A DNA stretch of 64,000 nt. Origin: Octopus vulgaris. Taxonomy: Eukaryota. Position 1 is the first letter of the stretch; each line of letters opens with the position of its first letter. Below the pieces are notes generated by a model. The model worked only from the letters and a program-made list of their open reading frames with translations. It made no database searches and had not been told where the DNA came from. Position numbers and translations under genes: made by a program. The stretch spans positions 29,078,001 to 29,142,000 of the forward strand of contig OX597828.1 in assembly GCA_951406725.2 (NCBI GenBank). Reading direction: 5' to 3'. This document shows positions 1 to 17,317 of this stretch, one piece after another.

Positions 1-551
1 ATATACACGCACACATATATATAGGGCAAACTTTCTCTGCACAGGTTTCGTTTACCAAACTGCACCCCGTAAGACACGGGTGGATACTTGGCTATGATAC
101 GATTGGTAACGAACCTGCGACGACGTTGTTGCCCAGTGAACTCCTTATTCTTACAGTCATGCCTGTATCTGTGGCAAGTATTCACGAACCCTCATAAAGA
201 ACCCTAAAATCTAGAACAAGGCTCTCGTTCCTACAAACCTGTTGATGTGACATCATAAACAATTCGAGAGCGATGTGGTTAGCGAAAGCTTGTTTGGTAA
301 GATAATGGAAGTCTCCATGCGTTAATTGCTCGTAAGTAACCGTGCAATAAACCCAAGAAACATGTGTGTGCGTGTAAGTATGCCTGTCTGTCAGCATGTA
401 CGTATGTATGTAAGTATGTATGTGTGTGCGGGTGTGTGTGTGTTGTTTATTCTGTCGTTTATTATTAGTATATTTGATGGATAATCAGTAAAATTTGAGA
501 AGGGTGATGGTGGTCTGTTTTAGTAAGATAAGATTTAGAATAGCTCTGTGT

Positions 552-587
<36 letters not shown>

Positions 588-749
588 TCGGCATATGTTG
601 ATGCTCCGTGATAACTCTGATGACTACAATGTTTTACCATGTTTCTCTTTGTAGCACATCACACGATGGACTACTTTACACTTGCATACAAACATATGTG
701 GACACACACATACACACATATATACCTACATACATACACACACACACAC

Positions 750-810
<61 letters not shown>

Positions 811-1305
811 GTTATGTATACTAGTGGTGTGTCTTGATTTGTATATAAACCATTTTACTATTCAGTTTAGATAGTAAAATGTTTTATGTACGCTAAAACA
901 TTTTATCAACGCATGAGGCCTGCCTTGTTGTAAATCGCGTATATTTCCCACCGGGTTTTCCCCACGACACTGGCCTCGCCCATCTTTGCTATTTACTGCT
1001 TCTGTGATATATGCAGCCTTGCTCACATAAACACGTATCCACAACCGCGCGCCTTAATATCAACAGTCACGTTTTACTTATTCGAGTACTTATTCCCATC
1101 GATCTACATGCGTACTTCTACATATACTGATATACACGCGCATAGCCATAGCTTCATAGGCACGGGCATGGCTAGGCGTTTAAGAAGCATGTTTTGCGAC
1201 CACGTTGTTTCGAGTTTAGTGTCTTCTACTGTAGCTTCTGATCGACAAACGCCCTCTGTGTGAATTTGCTGGACTGAAATTGTGTGAAAATCCGTCGTGT
1301 ATAAT

Positions 1306-1367
<62 letters not shown>

Positions 1368-1469
1368 GCAGCATCTGCGACAACAACAACAAATTGTGTG
1401 AACAGCACAAATGAAAAGTGAAAGGAACTAACGTAGTTATATCATGAAATATCTTTCAGTAGACATTTT

Positions 1470-2200
1470 AAATCACCGTAACTGATACTTCTTTCGATGG
1501 CGATAACTGCAGATCAACTCAGACATTCTAATTAATTTGCTGTAATTCCGGATTAAACTATTAAACTTTCCTAATGAACAGACCAAATATCTACGACAGC
1601 CGTTAATATAGAGTGTAGTAGTTTCAACGATTGACCAATTGATCGTGAAATTGTCTGTCTGTATATGTCTTAATTTCAGATACCAAGTAAACGGGGAGAA
1701 TGGGGGTGTACTCTGTTTTTCAGTATATTTAAATGAATGCATGAGTGAACATACCTACTGTTAAGCTTGTTGGCAGTCAAACATTATAAACTTTATCGAC
1801 CATCATCTGTAAGTCATCTTCGCGCAGAACCATGTGCCTTTGTGACACAGCATGAGAAGGAGACATCATTTAATATTATTGCATTTGTAGCGAGATGATG
1901 GGTTTGGAAAATTTCTATCTGAAATCTCTGTTGTCCATCCACATCATGACAATAACAAGGTTTTGAGCACATCTATGACTGACTATGTTTAATATTTATT
2001 GAAACGTTTGTGATAAGAATGATTATGTGCAAGGTGCTTGCGTACAGGATTTAGAAAGCTTATGATTATATCGAATAATGCATTTAAACCGAAAATAGCG
2101 GGCACAAAATAATGATCTTTTAAAAATGACTTTGTTGTTTAAGACTTTATCCAGCTATAAGTATCAAACGAATTGCTTATTTCATAGAGATACACAGCAC
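1470..2200 (-). mobile_element. Decayed Penelope-like retroelement (PLE), RT-to-GIY-YIG linker and endonuclease C-terminus
   Basis: ORF 1473..1742 (HSFKYTEKQS..FTWYLK..FTINWSIVE..Y.NGCRRYLVC..SELICSYRHRKKY) matches the PLE C-terminal pattern H..SF...W.LK...I.WSI...C.LC...SEL...CRH. Upstream frameshifted piece reads KHLAHNHSYHKRFNK. Confidence 0.7.
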
Positions 2201-3366
2201 TTATTGTGGCATTTCACGGTTATCTCAACTGCCATTTTCCCCTTTTTCTCCGGATAAAACCTGTCCTGCAAACTTGATTATACAGATTCAGAAATATCAT
2301 AGATATCATTTTGATAAATACTCTTCATTGTCTGAACATCAGTTTGGTGAAACTGTAAGATTCATACTGCACACACACACACACACACACACGCACACAC
2401 AAGCAGGTATGGGTAAATATAAATATATATATATATACATATATATGCATACATAAATATATACATACAAACATACATACATACACACACACATAACCTT
2501 TATGTGCGTATGTATATACGTATATGTGTGTGTGTATACATATATGTGTGTACATGTATGTTCATATATATATGTGTGTATACATTTATATATACGTACA
2601 TAAATACATACTACACACGTATATACATGTACATATATAAATACACACACACACACACACACAAATACACACACATATATATATATACACACAAGCATAT
2701 TTATACATGTATATATACATATTTGTATGCATATTTATATATATATATACACATGTACATTAGAATGTGAGTGCGTATGTATCTATGCATATAAAAATAT
2801 ATTCTCACACAAACACTTAAATACTCTAATACGAACACAGTTTGTAAAAAAAAAGATATAAACGTAGTAAAGACAACACGTGAGCATCATAAAATTTTGC
2901 TGATTCTTTCTCAAGGCATATTTTAGCAAAGGAGATCTCTTCATCTAGTATATCTAGCTAGAGATTCTTTCGTCGCTATTTATCCAAAAGGTGAATTCTT
3001 TACATCGCTGAAGAGCTCATAATAAGATCGAAACTCATCTGGAATTGCCGTCCGTGCTTGGACGCAAAAAATGAAAACATTGTTTCAATGACTAAAACCC
3101 ATTTTTGTTACGTCTTGATTACTTCTAGTTAGCTTTTTAACGTTGCTGTCAACACTATATTAATTATGCTTCTTGCACGATGGCTGGGAATATACCTCCC
3201 TCATATGTAGAGTAACAACACTGTTTAGTGTTGTTCTTCACGTTCATCGTATTAGTTCTCGTATTAGCTTTTTTTTTAATGTATTTCTCTCGATTTTGAA
3301 CAATCGACTAATTCATAATTCATCTGTAACACAGTATAGCTTTTATTGTGCATTTCTATGTATATG

Positions 3367-3428
<62 letters not shown>

Positions 3429-3929
3429 GGCACACATATGTATAAATATACACACACAAACACCTACACATATATACACTTGCGGAGTAGAGAGGGCAGG
3501 TGATTGATGAGGTCGTGACTGGCGATAGAAGGTCAGCGACAAACCTGTAAGATTGATTGATTTACTGACCAATTGATCAATGACGAATGATAACAAAAGA
3601 AATCGATGTCGAACCAGTGCGTGTGTTTATTGTTGGCGTGATGATCCGTCCAAGATACGACAAAATCTGTGTCAACACACGACTTTAGATCAAGTAGATA
3701 CAAGACTAGATACATGAACATGTGTGTGCGTGAGAGAGAGAGAGAGAGAGAGAGAGATAAAGAGAGATAGAGAGAGAGATAAAGAGGGAGAGAGAGAGTG
3801 CGAGTGCGCATATGTGTGAGTACGTAAGTGCGCGTGTACGTGAGTACGTGTGTGTGTATCTGTCTATCTATCTATCCACACACACACACACACACATATG
3901 TATATATATGATATGATATGATATAATAG

Positions 3930-4500
3930 CCGCCCACTCGTGACCGAAGATGACCATTACTGATCTTCAGTAACATTGTGCGCTCTAGGATATAGGGGAA
4001 AAAAAGCAGCACATATCAAGCAGAGGTCAGCAATGCCTGTACAGAGTTTTAGGTCCAATAAGGCTTGTACGACACCTCATAGACCCTCTTCAATTTATTG
4101 ACATTATCCAGAGACAAACCAGAGCAAGATGTCTGGTGCCAATACGAGTTGCAGGCTCAGGCATGTGGGTGCGCCGTGATCTCTAGCACAAACCAAAGAT
4201 CCCCAAAATGTCCAATGCCATTCCTTGCATATCTGGTTTTATATCAGCGTGACCTTCTCTTAAAGCCATGCTTCAACAGAAGCTGAGGGGTGCTTCAATC
4301 CCAGAGGTCTTTCAGCACGCCGGACACCATCCCCGAATTTCCGCGTACCCATGCTATTGCTAGATGGCCATTGAGCCTACACTAGGTTCATCTGACCTTT
4401 CAGCAGGTCTTGTTTTTTAGTCCTGCTGGGTTTCTAGCAACCCTCTCCACCAGGATAGCCAGTTGGGGGTGCCGGTTTAGCCGACAACCCGACCGTGCAA
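3930..4500. mobile_element. Unclassified GC-richer interspersed repeat, possibly non-LTR (RTE-related) UTR-derived
   Basis: Block of higher GC between a microsatellite and a SINE, no credible ORF. Family assignment from recall only. Confidence 0.25.
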
Positions 4501-4519
4501 CATATCTTTTATCTTGTTT

Positions 4520-4702
4520 CATTTATTGGATTGCGGTCATGCTGGGGCATCGCTTTGATGGGTTTAGTCGAAGAAGTCAACCGCAGCACATTTTTTTAAA
4601 GCCTGGTATTTATTCTGTCGGTCTCTTTTTGCCTCTCCGCTAAATTACAGGGAGTACAGAAACTAAAATCGATTATGAGGTGATGATGGTGTGGAACACA
4701 CG

Positions 4703-4761
<59 letters not shown>

Positions 4762-4990
4762 CTACCTATCTATTTATCTGTCTATCTGTCTGTCTGTCCG
4801 TCCGTCCATCCGTCCATCCATCCATCCGTCTGTCCGTCTGTCTGTCTATCTATCTACCTACGTTGGGGGTTTCTTTCGGTTTCTGTTTACCAAATCCACT
4901 CTGAAGACTTTGGTCTGCTCTGACTTGCTGTAGAAGAGATCTGCCCAAGGTGCCACGCAGTGAGACTGAACCGGAAACCATGTGGTTGTA
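4520..4990 (-). mobile_element. SINE family B copy (tRNA-derived, internal microsatellite)
   Basis: Reverse-complement match to 25778-26175 (ACCACATGGTTTCCGGTTCAGTC..CACCTTGGGCA; tail CCCCAGCATGACCGCAATCCAAT..GAAACAAG). Confidence 0.8.
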
Positions 4991-5284
4991 AAGAGCCGAT
5001 CGCTGCCCGCCGTGGCCTCGAGTTTATAGCCAAACGAAAGGCTTGGTCAGAATGTTTTTTTTTAAGTGAGTAGGCACTGCTAGAAATGCCAGACGCGGCC
5101 GGATGGTGTTTAGACGCAAAGGGAGGATGAAGTGAAGATGGAAAGAAAGCCGGTGCGATGGAAATACGAGATTCACATTCGTTTCATCGCTTCATTATGC
5201 AGTCATGTGGCTATTTAGCATTTTGTGCAAATGTGTGCCTGTTGAAATATATGTGTGTCTCTGTGAGTATGCATGTGTTTATGG

Positions 5285-5330
<46 letters not shown>

Positions 5331-5336
<6 letters not shown>

Positions 5337-5670
5337 ATGTGTGAATATATGCATGTGTGTATGCGTGTATGTGTGCATGTGTGTGTCTGTGTATGTATGT
5401 GCTATATATGTGTCTGCGTGTGTATATATTTGTGTATGCATGTATATTGCGCCAGTATGCGTGTGCATATGCGTGTATGTTTGTGCGCATGTGTGTGTGT
5501 GTGTGTAAGAATGTGTGAATATATGCATGTGTGTATGCGTGTATGTGTGCATGTGTGTCTGTGTATGTATGTGCTATGTATGTGTCTGTGTGTGTATATA
5601 TTTGTGTATGCATGTATATTGCGCCAGTATGCGTGTGCATATGCGTGTATGTTTGTGCGCATGTGCGTGT
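5331..5670. repeat. Tandem duplication of an about 174-bp TG-rich unit (2 copies)
   Basis: GTAAGAATGTGTGAATATATGCATG...ATATTGCGCCAGTATGCGTG occurs at 5331 and again at about 5505. Confidence 0.85.
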
Positions 5671-5672
5671 GC

Positions 5673-5736
<64 letters not shown>

Positions 5737-5820
5737 GTGTGTTGAAGCATGCGGTAAATTCCTTCCCAGCAAGCTCAGATTTTGATGCGTTTTCAACATA
5801 CATGAGTGTGAATGTGTGAA

Positions 5821-5855
<35 letters not shown>

Positions 5856-6460
5856 ATGTGTGTGAGCATGTACCTGTGTGTGTGTGTGCATGTACCTGTG
5901 TGTGTGTGTATGCATGTGCGTATGCATGTGTGTGTGCATGTGTGTGTGCATGTGTGTGTGTGTGCATGTGTGTGTGTGTGCATGTGTGTGTGTGTGTGTG
6001 TGTGAAGGAGCTCTCTCTTTGATCTAACAAGGCATCCTATGTAACGGTGTAGCCAGAGAGGCAAGCCAGCCAACTTTGTGCGTGGTTAAAAACTGATTGA
6101 AGTTTACTTATTCACAGATGTGCAAATGTGGGCACGAAGAATGTGAAAAATGCTACAATTACACTGCACATCGCACTTCTTATAATAATTTGCTTTAGCG
6201 AGAAGTTTTGTATAAACCACCACCACCAACAACAACAACAGCAACAACACTATTATCATCAACGTTATTATCTCTGTTATTACGTTGCCATCACTGTAAC
6301 CATGACAACCATCATTCCGTACGAAACTGAAATTGCCCTAGAGCACACAAACAGCAACAACGAACCAACGAGTGCGTCCCTACGTGGTCGTACGTCATGC
6401 TAGAAATAGCAATCAAATAGTTTTCAAATCACACCGTGCGTACTCTCTTGAAAAAATAAT

Positions 6461-6676
6461 CTTTTCTACTGTAGGCACAAGGTTCGAAATTTTTGGGGAG
6501 GTGGGGCCAGTCGATTAGATCGACTCCAGCACATAACAGGTACTTAATTTATCGACCCCGAAAGGATGAAAGACAAAGTCGACCTCAGCGGAATTAGAAC
6601 TCGGAACTTAACGGCAGACGAAATACGGCTATGCATTTCGCCCGGCGTGCTAACGATTCTGCCAGCTCGCCGCCTT
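6461..6676 (-). mobile_element. SINE family A, tail-2 subfamily, with 15-bp target-site duplication
   Basis: Head GGCGGCGAGCTGGCAGAATCGTTAGC, core TTTCATCCTTTCGGGGTCGATAAATTAAGTACC, tail CCTTGTGCCTACAGTAGAAAAG. TCTTGAAAAAATAAT occurs at 6446-6460 and 6679-6693. Confidence 0.9.
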
Positions 6677-7659
6677 TGTCTTGAAAAAATAATGGAACAT
6701 GCCTATACGAGCCAATGAGGGCACCTCTACACCGTCGCTTCACCTGCTACAAATAGTAGCCACTTCTCCCTCAAATCACAGTTTTATATAACGAAAGCAC
6801 TCATTAATATTCTTTTCACTATAGACTCAGGGGTTGAGATTTTGTGAGGGGAGAAGTCGATTAGATCGACCCCACGGATTGACTGGTACTTATTTTATCG
6901 ACCCCGAAAGGATGAAAGGTAAAACCGAGCCCAGCAGGTTTTGAATCCAGAAAATAGATCCAAAAGAAATGCCTCTAAATACTTTGTCCGGCGCGATGAC
7001 CATTCAGCCAGCTCGATTCCGTCGAGTGCTTATTAACATAATGTAGTTTCCTGATATACGAAAGGATGTAGAGATGATCAAGCATTTGATCCTAGTTCTT
7101 CCGATCAGGATGACCGAAGGCTAAACAGCCACGTCCACTTGTACCAGCGACAGTATGGAGGCTTCACGTCCTTCGAATGAGGTGAGTTTAGAGAAATGGT
7201 ATCCGCACCCGAGCATCATTAGAATACAAGATTCACACAGAAGCAATATGACTGCCTGAAACCAGCTCTTTCTGTATTTTTTTGTTTTTTTTTTCAAATG
7301 TTCGTTTGTTTATGTTCCCGTTACAGGTTCGACAGATGTGACCGGTAGAATAAGATGTGACCGGCAGACTTAAAAAAAGAAGAACTGGGGTTGATTTGTT
7401 CGACTAAACCCTTTAAGGCGGTGCTCCAGCATGGGCGCAGTCCAATAACTGAAACAGGTAAACGATGTACTACAATGGTGAGCCGAGACATTGAATGGAT
7501 CTGTGGGTTTGTCGCCGTCGTCTTTTATAGTCCATAAGATTTGCTTGCTCAAAGATGACCCGGACCTACACAGCAACAACAGCGACAACAACATCAACAA
7601 CTATACAAAGAGACGAGAGAGTGGAGAGATCTGGACACGACCGTATTCAAGGCCTCTTC

Positions 7660-10650
<2,991 letters not shown>

Positions 10651-10879
10651 TTCAACGTGTGTATACAAAGCGTGGTGTTCTGTCGTCATCACAGACTCTA
10701 TTGTCTGACCAGATTCTCCGTTTATAGTGTTCAAAGGAAGGCGAAGGATAGACACAGCTCAGTAAGAAAGATAAAATACATTCTCCCCCACCCGGCACCC
10801 CAACAGATAAAATGGACAACTCTCGCGGAGCGATAAGACACACAACATGGAGAGCGACGAGATATTACGTATACATTCT

Positions 10880-11086
10880 TTTATTCTCTTATTTGTTTCA
10901 GTCATTTGACTGCGGCCGGGCTGGGGCACCGCCTTTAGTCGAACAAATCAGCCCTAGGACTTATTCTTTGTAAGCCTAGCACTTATTCTATCGGTATCTC
11001 TTGCCGAACCGCTAGGTGACGGGGACGTAAACACACCACCATCGGTTGTCAAGCGATGTTGGGGGGGGGACAAACACAGACACACA

Positions 11087-11155
<69 letters not shown>

Positions 11156-11500
11156 TAATCCAAACAAGAAAGCACAAAAAAAACACAACAACGCGAGGAC
11201 GTGGAACAAATATAGTATTATTGGACGCTCAGGAAAGAAGGAAAGAAGGAGGGTTTAACGTTTCGAGCGGAGCTCTTCGTCGGAAACATAGGAGAAGGTA
11301 AGATCCAGAGAAGGGAAGACAGAGGAAAAAAATCGCCAACGGTACACACGGGCTTCTTTCAGTTTCCGTCTACCAAATCTACTCACAAGGCTTTGGTCGG
11401 CCCGAGGCTACAGTAGAAAACATTTGCCCAAGGTTCCACGCAGTGGGACTGAACCCGGAACCATGTGGTTGGTAAGCAAGCTACTTACCACACAGCCACT
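10880..11500 (-). mobile_element. SINE family B copy interrupted at its internal (TA)n by a hammerhead-bearing mini-element
   Basis: 5' half at 11351-11500 and 3' half at 10880-11090 match family B. A foreign block occupies 11151-11350. Confidence 0.85.
11253..11287 (-). ncRNA. Minimal type I hammerhead ribozyme motif (CCGA core variant)
   Basis: Minus strand: gttt-CCGACGA-a-GAGC-tcc-GCTC-GAAAC-GTT-aaac. Helix I gttt/aaac, helix II GAGC/GCTC, palindromic AACGTT helix III. Confidence 0.6.
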
Positions 11501-12627
11501 ATGTATATATATCTCTATTATTCTTTTATTTTTGACTTGCTCTCGTCATTTGACTGTGGCCATGCTGGAGCACTGCCTTGAAGAGTTTTGGTAGACCTAA
11601 TCAGCCCCAGTACGCATTCTATCGGTGTCTCTGCTAAGTTACGGGGACGTAAGCAGCACCGGCTGACGGAGATGTAAACAACACGCACACACACATACGC
11701 GCGCACACACACACATGCGCACATGCATATTTATTTTAGCGATCCCCGGGAGGATAGAAAGCAAAGCTGATCACGGTGTGATTTGAACCTAGAAGATAAC
11801 GGACCATAACTACCGTAAGGTATAATGTCCGATCCTCGCGGCATCTCGGGCAAGAGGCTTTTACTATTGCCTTAGGCAGACCAGTGCCCCATAAGTGAAT
11901 TTAGCAGATGGAAACTATGTAGAAGCCTGTTGTATATGTGTGAGAGTGCGTGCGCGCGTCTATGCCTTTGTTCCCCACATCACTTGACAACAACCAGTGT
12001 TGGTTTGTTTGCGTTCCTGTAGAGTATCAGTTCGACAGAAGAAGCCGATAGAATAAGTCTCAGGCTTAAAATATTAGTACACGGGGCGATTTGTTTGAGT
12101 AAATCTTTTAAGGCGGTGGTGCCCCAGCATGGCCACAGTCCAAGTAAAAGCTAAAAGCTAACGACGCCGAGTAGCAGTCGAACTACATAAACAAGAAACG
12201 CATCTAAACGCAACACATTTGCATAAATGTAAAAGGCCGACGAGTTTCTTTTAGCAAGAGATGATTTAGGCTAATTTCAAGGTACCCTTTCTGAATATGA
12301 AGTCAGGTTTGCTCCATCACATCTAGATTTTGGTCTATAGGATACTTCCTCTATACCAAATTTACAGAAATGCTATGTAGTTTGCAGTACGTTAAGTGTT
12401 CCTGTTTGTCCTTTAAGAATGTCTTTGATTGTTCTTTTTAGTGACAACCTTTAATGAGAGAGCCGTTAAATTTGATATAACCCATTAAATCATGCCTATT
12501 TTTAGAATACTTTGATTTACTGCGTGTTTCGGATATTATTGTGGCTAGTATCAAATTGGTAATTGCTCAGTTCACTGTGGACTGCTTTTTTTGTAATATT
12601 TCTCCATTTTAATTTGCTTCAATTCTC

Positions 12628-13760
12628 ATGGCTTCAAAATGTGTATGTCACAATGACCCAGTTCACTTTTGCGGTGTTTGCATTCAAGGACTGTAGGAGA
12701 CTCATCACGCCACTTATACAAGCAAGACGCGAAGATTACTTCAAAATGAAACTTGAAGAACAAGGTAAATGTGTCGCTGCACAAATTGTACGCAATTTTT
12801 TGCAGTGACTGGTTTCCCTTGTGGCCAGGTGACAAACTGAAGCAAACGCCATTTGCCACTCCAATAACAAAGCGAAAACAAAGCAACCATTCCACTGTTT
12901 GCTGCTTTTGCTTTAATAGTGCTGGGTTCAATAACTGCAAAGTATACCAAGTATCCTAATTTGCCATCTGCCATAAGAGCACATCCCTATAAAGATGAAA
13001 TTCCTCCTCCTGTGCCAAGCAATCAACCATTGAGTGAGTCAGATAATGATTCCGATGACGAAGCTAGATGTGAAGACCAAAATTGGATGACAAGGATTCA
13101 GAGACTCTTCATTAGGTCAAGAACAACTGGATCATTTTGTTCGAAAGTTGGAAGTTTCCAAGAATGATGTTTACCTGGTGGAACAATGCTCAGAGAATCT
13201 GGAACCGAAGCAACAGCATACAGGCATCAAGAGAAGAAATTTTAGAAGTTTTTGACACACATGATGAATTGGATTTGGTTTATTGCAAGAACATTACTGG
13301 TTCGATGATGGCTCCAGGAATATCTTCTGCCGTCACGACAGATCGGTGGTTATTCATTGATGGCAGTATTAACAGTTTTAAGACAGTCCTTTTGCATATT
13401 GCGAATGAATACCCAGGCATACCATTGGGTTATTCGAGGAAGGCAAAAGGATCGTAGGACGCTATCAAGGTGTTACTTTCCTCGATCAAGTATGATGATT
13501 TGAAGTGGAAAACTGGAGGTGATTTGAAGATCATAGGTTTTTAAGTGGAATGCAAACGGGTTACACGAAGTTTTGTCGCTTTTTGTACCTGTGAGACATT
13601 CGGGCTCGAAATAGGCGCAACTCTGTCGGCAGGATTGGCCAGCAAGTCGTGAATGGAGATCAAACAATGAAAGCGTTCAATATACACCACTACTTTCACC
13701 TGAGCTGATTGTTTTAACACCGCTATATTTTAAACTTTGAATCTTCAAAACTGTTTTGAA
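12628..13760 (+). pseudogene. Decayed DNA-transposon transposase, CMC/Chapaev3-like
   Basis: Frameshifted pieces MASKCVCHNDPVHFCGV, NHSTVCCFC, KYPNLPSAIRAHP, RWLFIDGSINSFKTVLLHIAN, WKTGGDLKII, GMQTGYTKF and PLLSPELIVLTPLYFKL follow in order the motifs YPNLPSAIRP / WRLFIDSS..SLKAVLLH / GDLKV..GYTK..C / PPLHIKLG. Many stops. Superfamily name from recall. Confidence 0.75.
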
Positions 13761-13795
13761 GCTCATACATATATACATACATACGTAAATACACA

Positions 13796-13876
<81 letters not shown>

Positions 13877-15051
13877 TTATTCATGTGTGTGTCTTTGAGC
13901 TTGTGTTTACCTCCAACTACCGCTTGACAACCGGTGTTGAGTTGTTTACGTCTCCGTAACGTAGCGGTTCAGCAAAACAAGACAATGATAAGTGGTGCTA
14001 CAGCATGGCCGCAGTCCAATGGCTGAAAAGAGTAAATGCGGTACTTCAAAGATCTTTATTTATATCGAGGTTATGAAATATAAAAGGTAAAAATGACTCC
14101 GCCAGGAATTGAACTCAGAAGATCGTAACTAAATACCACAATTCATCTTATCTTATCCGGTGCGCCACTGCCAACCCCTCTATAGGATTATAATTAATCC
14201 TCGCTTTAACAACTGGTCGAGTGTAATCCCAACCATATGGGCCCGGTTTCAGTCCCACTGGGCAGCACCTTCGATGTCTTCTAGTATAGCCCCGAGCCGA
14301 CCAAAGCCTTGTGAGCGGAAACTGAAAGAAGCCCGTTGCATGTATGTGCGTGCGTATGTTTGTGTTTGTCCACTCGGCGATCGGTGTTGGTTTGTTTACT
14401 TCCCGTAACTTATCACTTCGGCAAAAAGATGAAATAAATACCAGGCTTTAAAAATAAGTATTGAGATCGATTTGTACACGACTCCAGCATGGCCTCAGTC
14501 CAATGACTGAAACAAGTAAAAGAATAGAGAATAAAGAATAAAAGAATCTAAGAATATAAGAATACTGCCCACATCTAGTTTCTCGTGCCAGAGATTTTGA
14601 CAGTTATAGCATTGCACAGAAGCATCATTGTTTCTTGTAATATATATTTCAATGACGAAGAAATTTATGGCTGTGCAAAGTTATGCTTACAAAACTCTAT
14701 TATAATGGGGCAAATACTTCTTCTGGTAAATCAATAAAGAATACTATCTTATTATTTAAAAGCATTGCATTTCTATTTTGGCGTGATTCAGAGTATTTTT
14801 ATGTAATGACGAATCCAAAACATACAAGAAAATAAAAACAATATAAAAAAAAAATCTTCCCCGATCCACCAATTTAGGGTTGGGTGGATCTTTCTAGTCA
14901 CTGACCCGACAGAACTGCTTCTTTCACCCACCTCCCACGTTGTTATTCTATCTGTTATTTATCTCCAAACAACAGCCTCAGTTTCCTTGTTATTTTTAGC
15001 AATTTCTTTTCTTATCTACTGACATATCTATTTAGCTAACCAGCTAGCAAG

Positions 15052-15137
<86 letters not shown>

Positions 15138-15914
15138 GTCCGTCCGTCCGTCTGTCTGTATGTCTATTAGTTTATTTTTATATTTGTCTTGCTCCATGTC
15201 TATCTGGTTGGATTTTTCTTTCCACATGCATCAATCAGTCTGTCCGGCCGCTCTATACTTGACCAGCACGCTGCTTGTACATCTATTGAACCGTTCTGAC
15301 ATGGATCCAAACATGGTTATGAACACCTTACAATGTTCAATTTTCATACACACACACACACAGACACACACAGACATACAAACACACATTAATATTATAA
15401 AGTGCAAATCCCGTTCGTTCTATTTTTCTTTCGTTTGTTGGTTTCCTTCTTTCTGTCACGCTATTGGGATGTGGAATGAGAAAGCAGTGACTACGCAGAG
15501 AATGTGTAGAAGGATTACATCACTTCCTGTATTTGATGGTGCTTTATTTTATCGAACGCAGAAGGAAAAGATGAAAGGCGAACTTGAGTATAGGGGATTT
15601 AAACCATAAGTCATTATCTCCAATGCTATTATGAAGCTGAGAAATACGAAGACATCGCAAAAGAAAGACGTCAGCAGTATCAACGATGAGGGAGATACTA
15701 TGTGGCTGCTTGAAATAACAGTCAAATGTCCCTAAATCCGCAGCCTATCAGCTTAAAAACGAAGAACACTCGACATATTTTAGTGTTAGATACATTAATT
15801 AGGGATAATCTTAGAACAGACACGGCCGGAATGCTCTCTGATCAAAGATCTGCCCGATTAAATGCAAGAACGACAATGGCAACCGATATTACCGCGAATA
15901 CAAGCACGGAACGC

Positions 15915-15976
<62 letters not shown>

Positions 15977-15977
15977 A

Positions 15978-16051
<74 letters not shown>

Positions 16052-16056
16052 ACCTG

Positions 16057-16119
<63 letters not shown>

Positions 16120-16187
16120 GCTTATCTAACTTCTTACTTTTTTTCTATATCGCTATATAACACATACATACACACACACACATATTT

Positions 16188-16222
<35 letters not shown>

Positions 16223-16817
16223 GACAGACAGACAGAGAGAGACAGACAGACAGAGAGAGAGAGGAAGGGAAAGAGAGAGAAAGAGGGAGGGAAAGAGAGA
16301 GAGAGCTTGTATAAGTGTAGATACACACATACATAAATACATACATGCATACATACATACATACATATATGCAAGCACACCCACAACTTCATTACCATCA
16401 TCATCATCCTCTTCATCATCATCATGTTCATCATCATCGTCGTCATCATCACCGTCTTCGCCATCATCATCATCATCATTGTCATTGCAATCACCTGACG
16501 TGGATTTGCATCAGAGAGGTGTGCTGTGTTTTATTTATATCACCTGATAGACATGTGCTGTATTCTACCTGTCCGACTCGGCTGCACTGACTGCTAGCTA
16601 GCTAAGTGAGCAGGTGAGGTAGATAAAACGGATAGATAGGTAGCAAAGGTAGATACGTAGGCAGGTAGGTAGGTCGGCAGGTAGGCATGTAGAGAAGGGT
16701 GGGGGTTATAGGCATGCAGAAGGGAAAATACCAACGGATTCTATGAGGGCGTTGGCTTAGTGCTTTTCTTTTACCATTTTCGTCGAACACTTAGGCATAA
16801 ACACACACGTACACACA

Positions 16818-16862
<45 letters not shown>

Positions 16863-17037
16863 ACACGCGCGCGCGCGCTCATTTCTGAAAAGAAATCGTA
16901 AGAATAAAATGAAAAAAGAAGAGGAGAAAAAGAAGAAACAAGACCTTGGCTTCAGTTACAACTGAAATTGTCAAGTTCGTCTTGTATTCTGACTGGTTCG
17001 AAATTCTGTTTTGTTATACTATTTCTCACATACGCTC

Positions 17038-17092
<55 letters not shown>

Positions 17093-17317
17093 CTCTTTTT
17101 CCCTCCCTCCCTCTCTCCTTCTTTATCTCTCTCTCTCTCCCTCTCGATATATGTGTATAATGTTTTAAAGACTACTCTACATTAATATTGAGTCCTGTAA
17201 TTTATCACTTGTGGGGAATCAACAAAGATTGTATACACAATGTTTATAAATGGTATAAATGATATATATATATAATGATAAATATCAAAGTGAGTTATCT
17301 ACAGTAGCGGTAACACA

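Noticed and set aside
5205-6073. Long Cys/Val and His/Thr ORFs (also 22184-23001, 28126-28665, 29306-29908, 47444-47971)
   Set aside because: Translations of (TG)n/(TA)n dinucleotide repeats.
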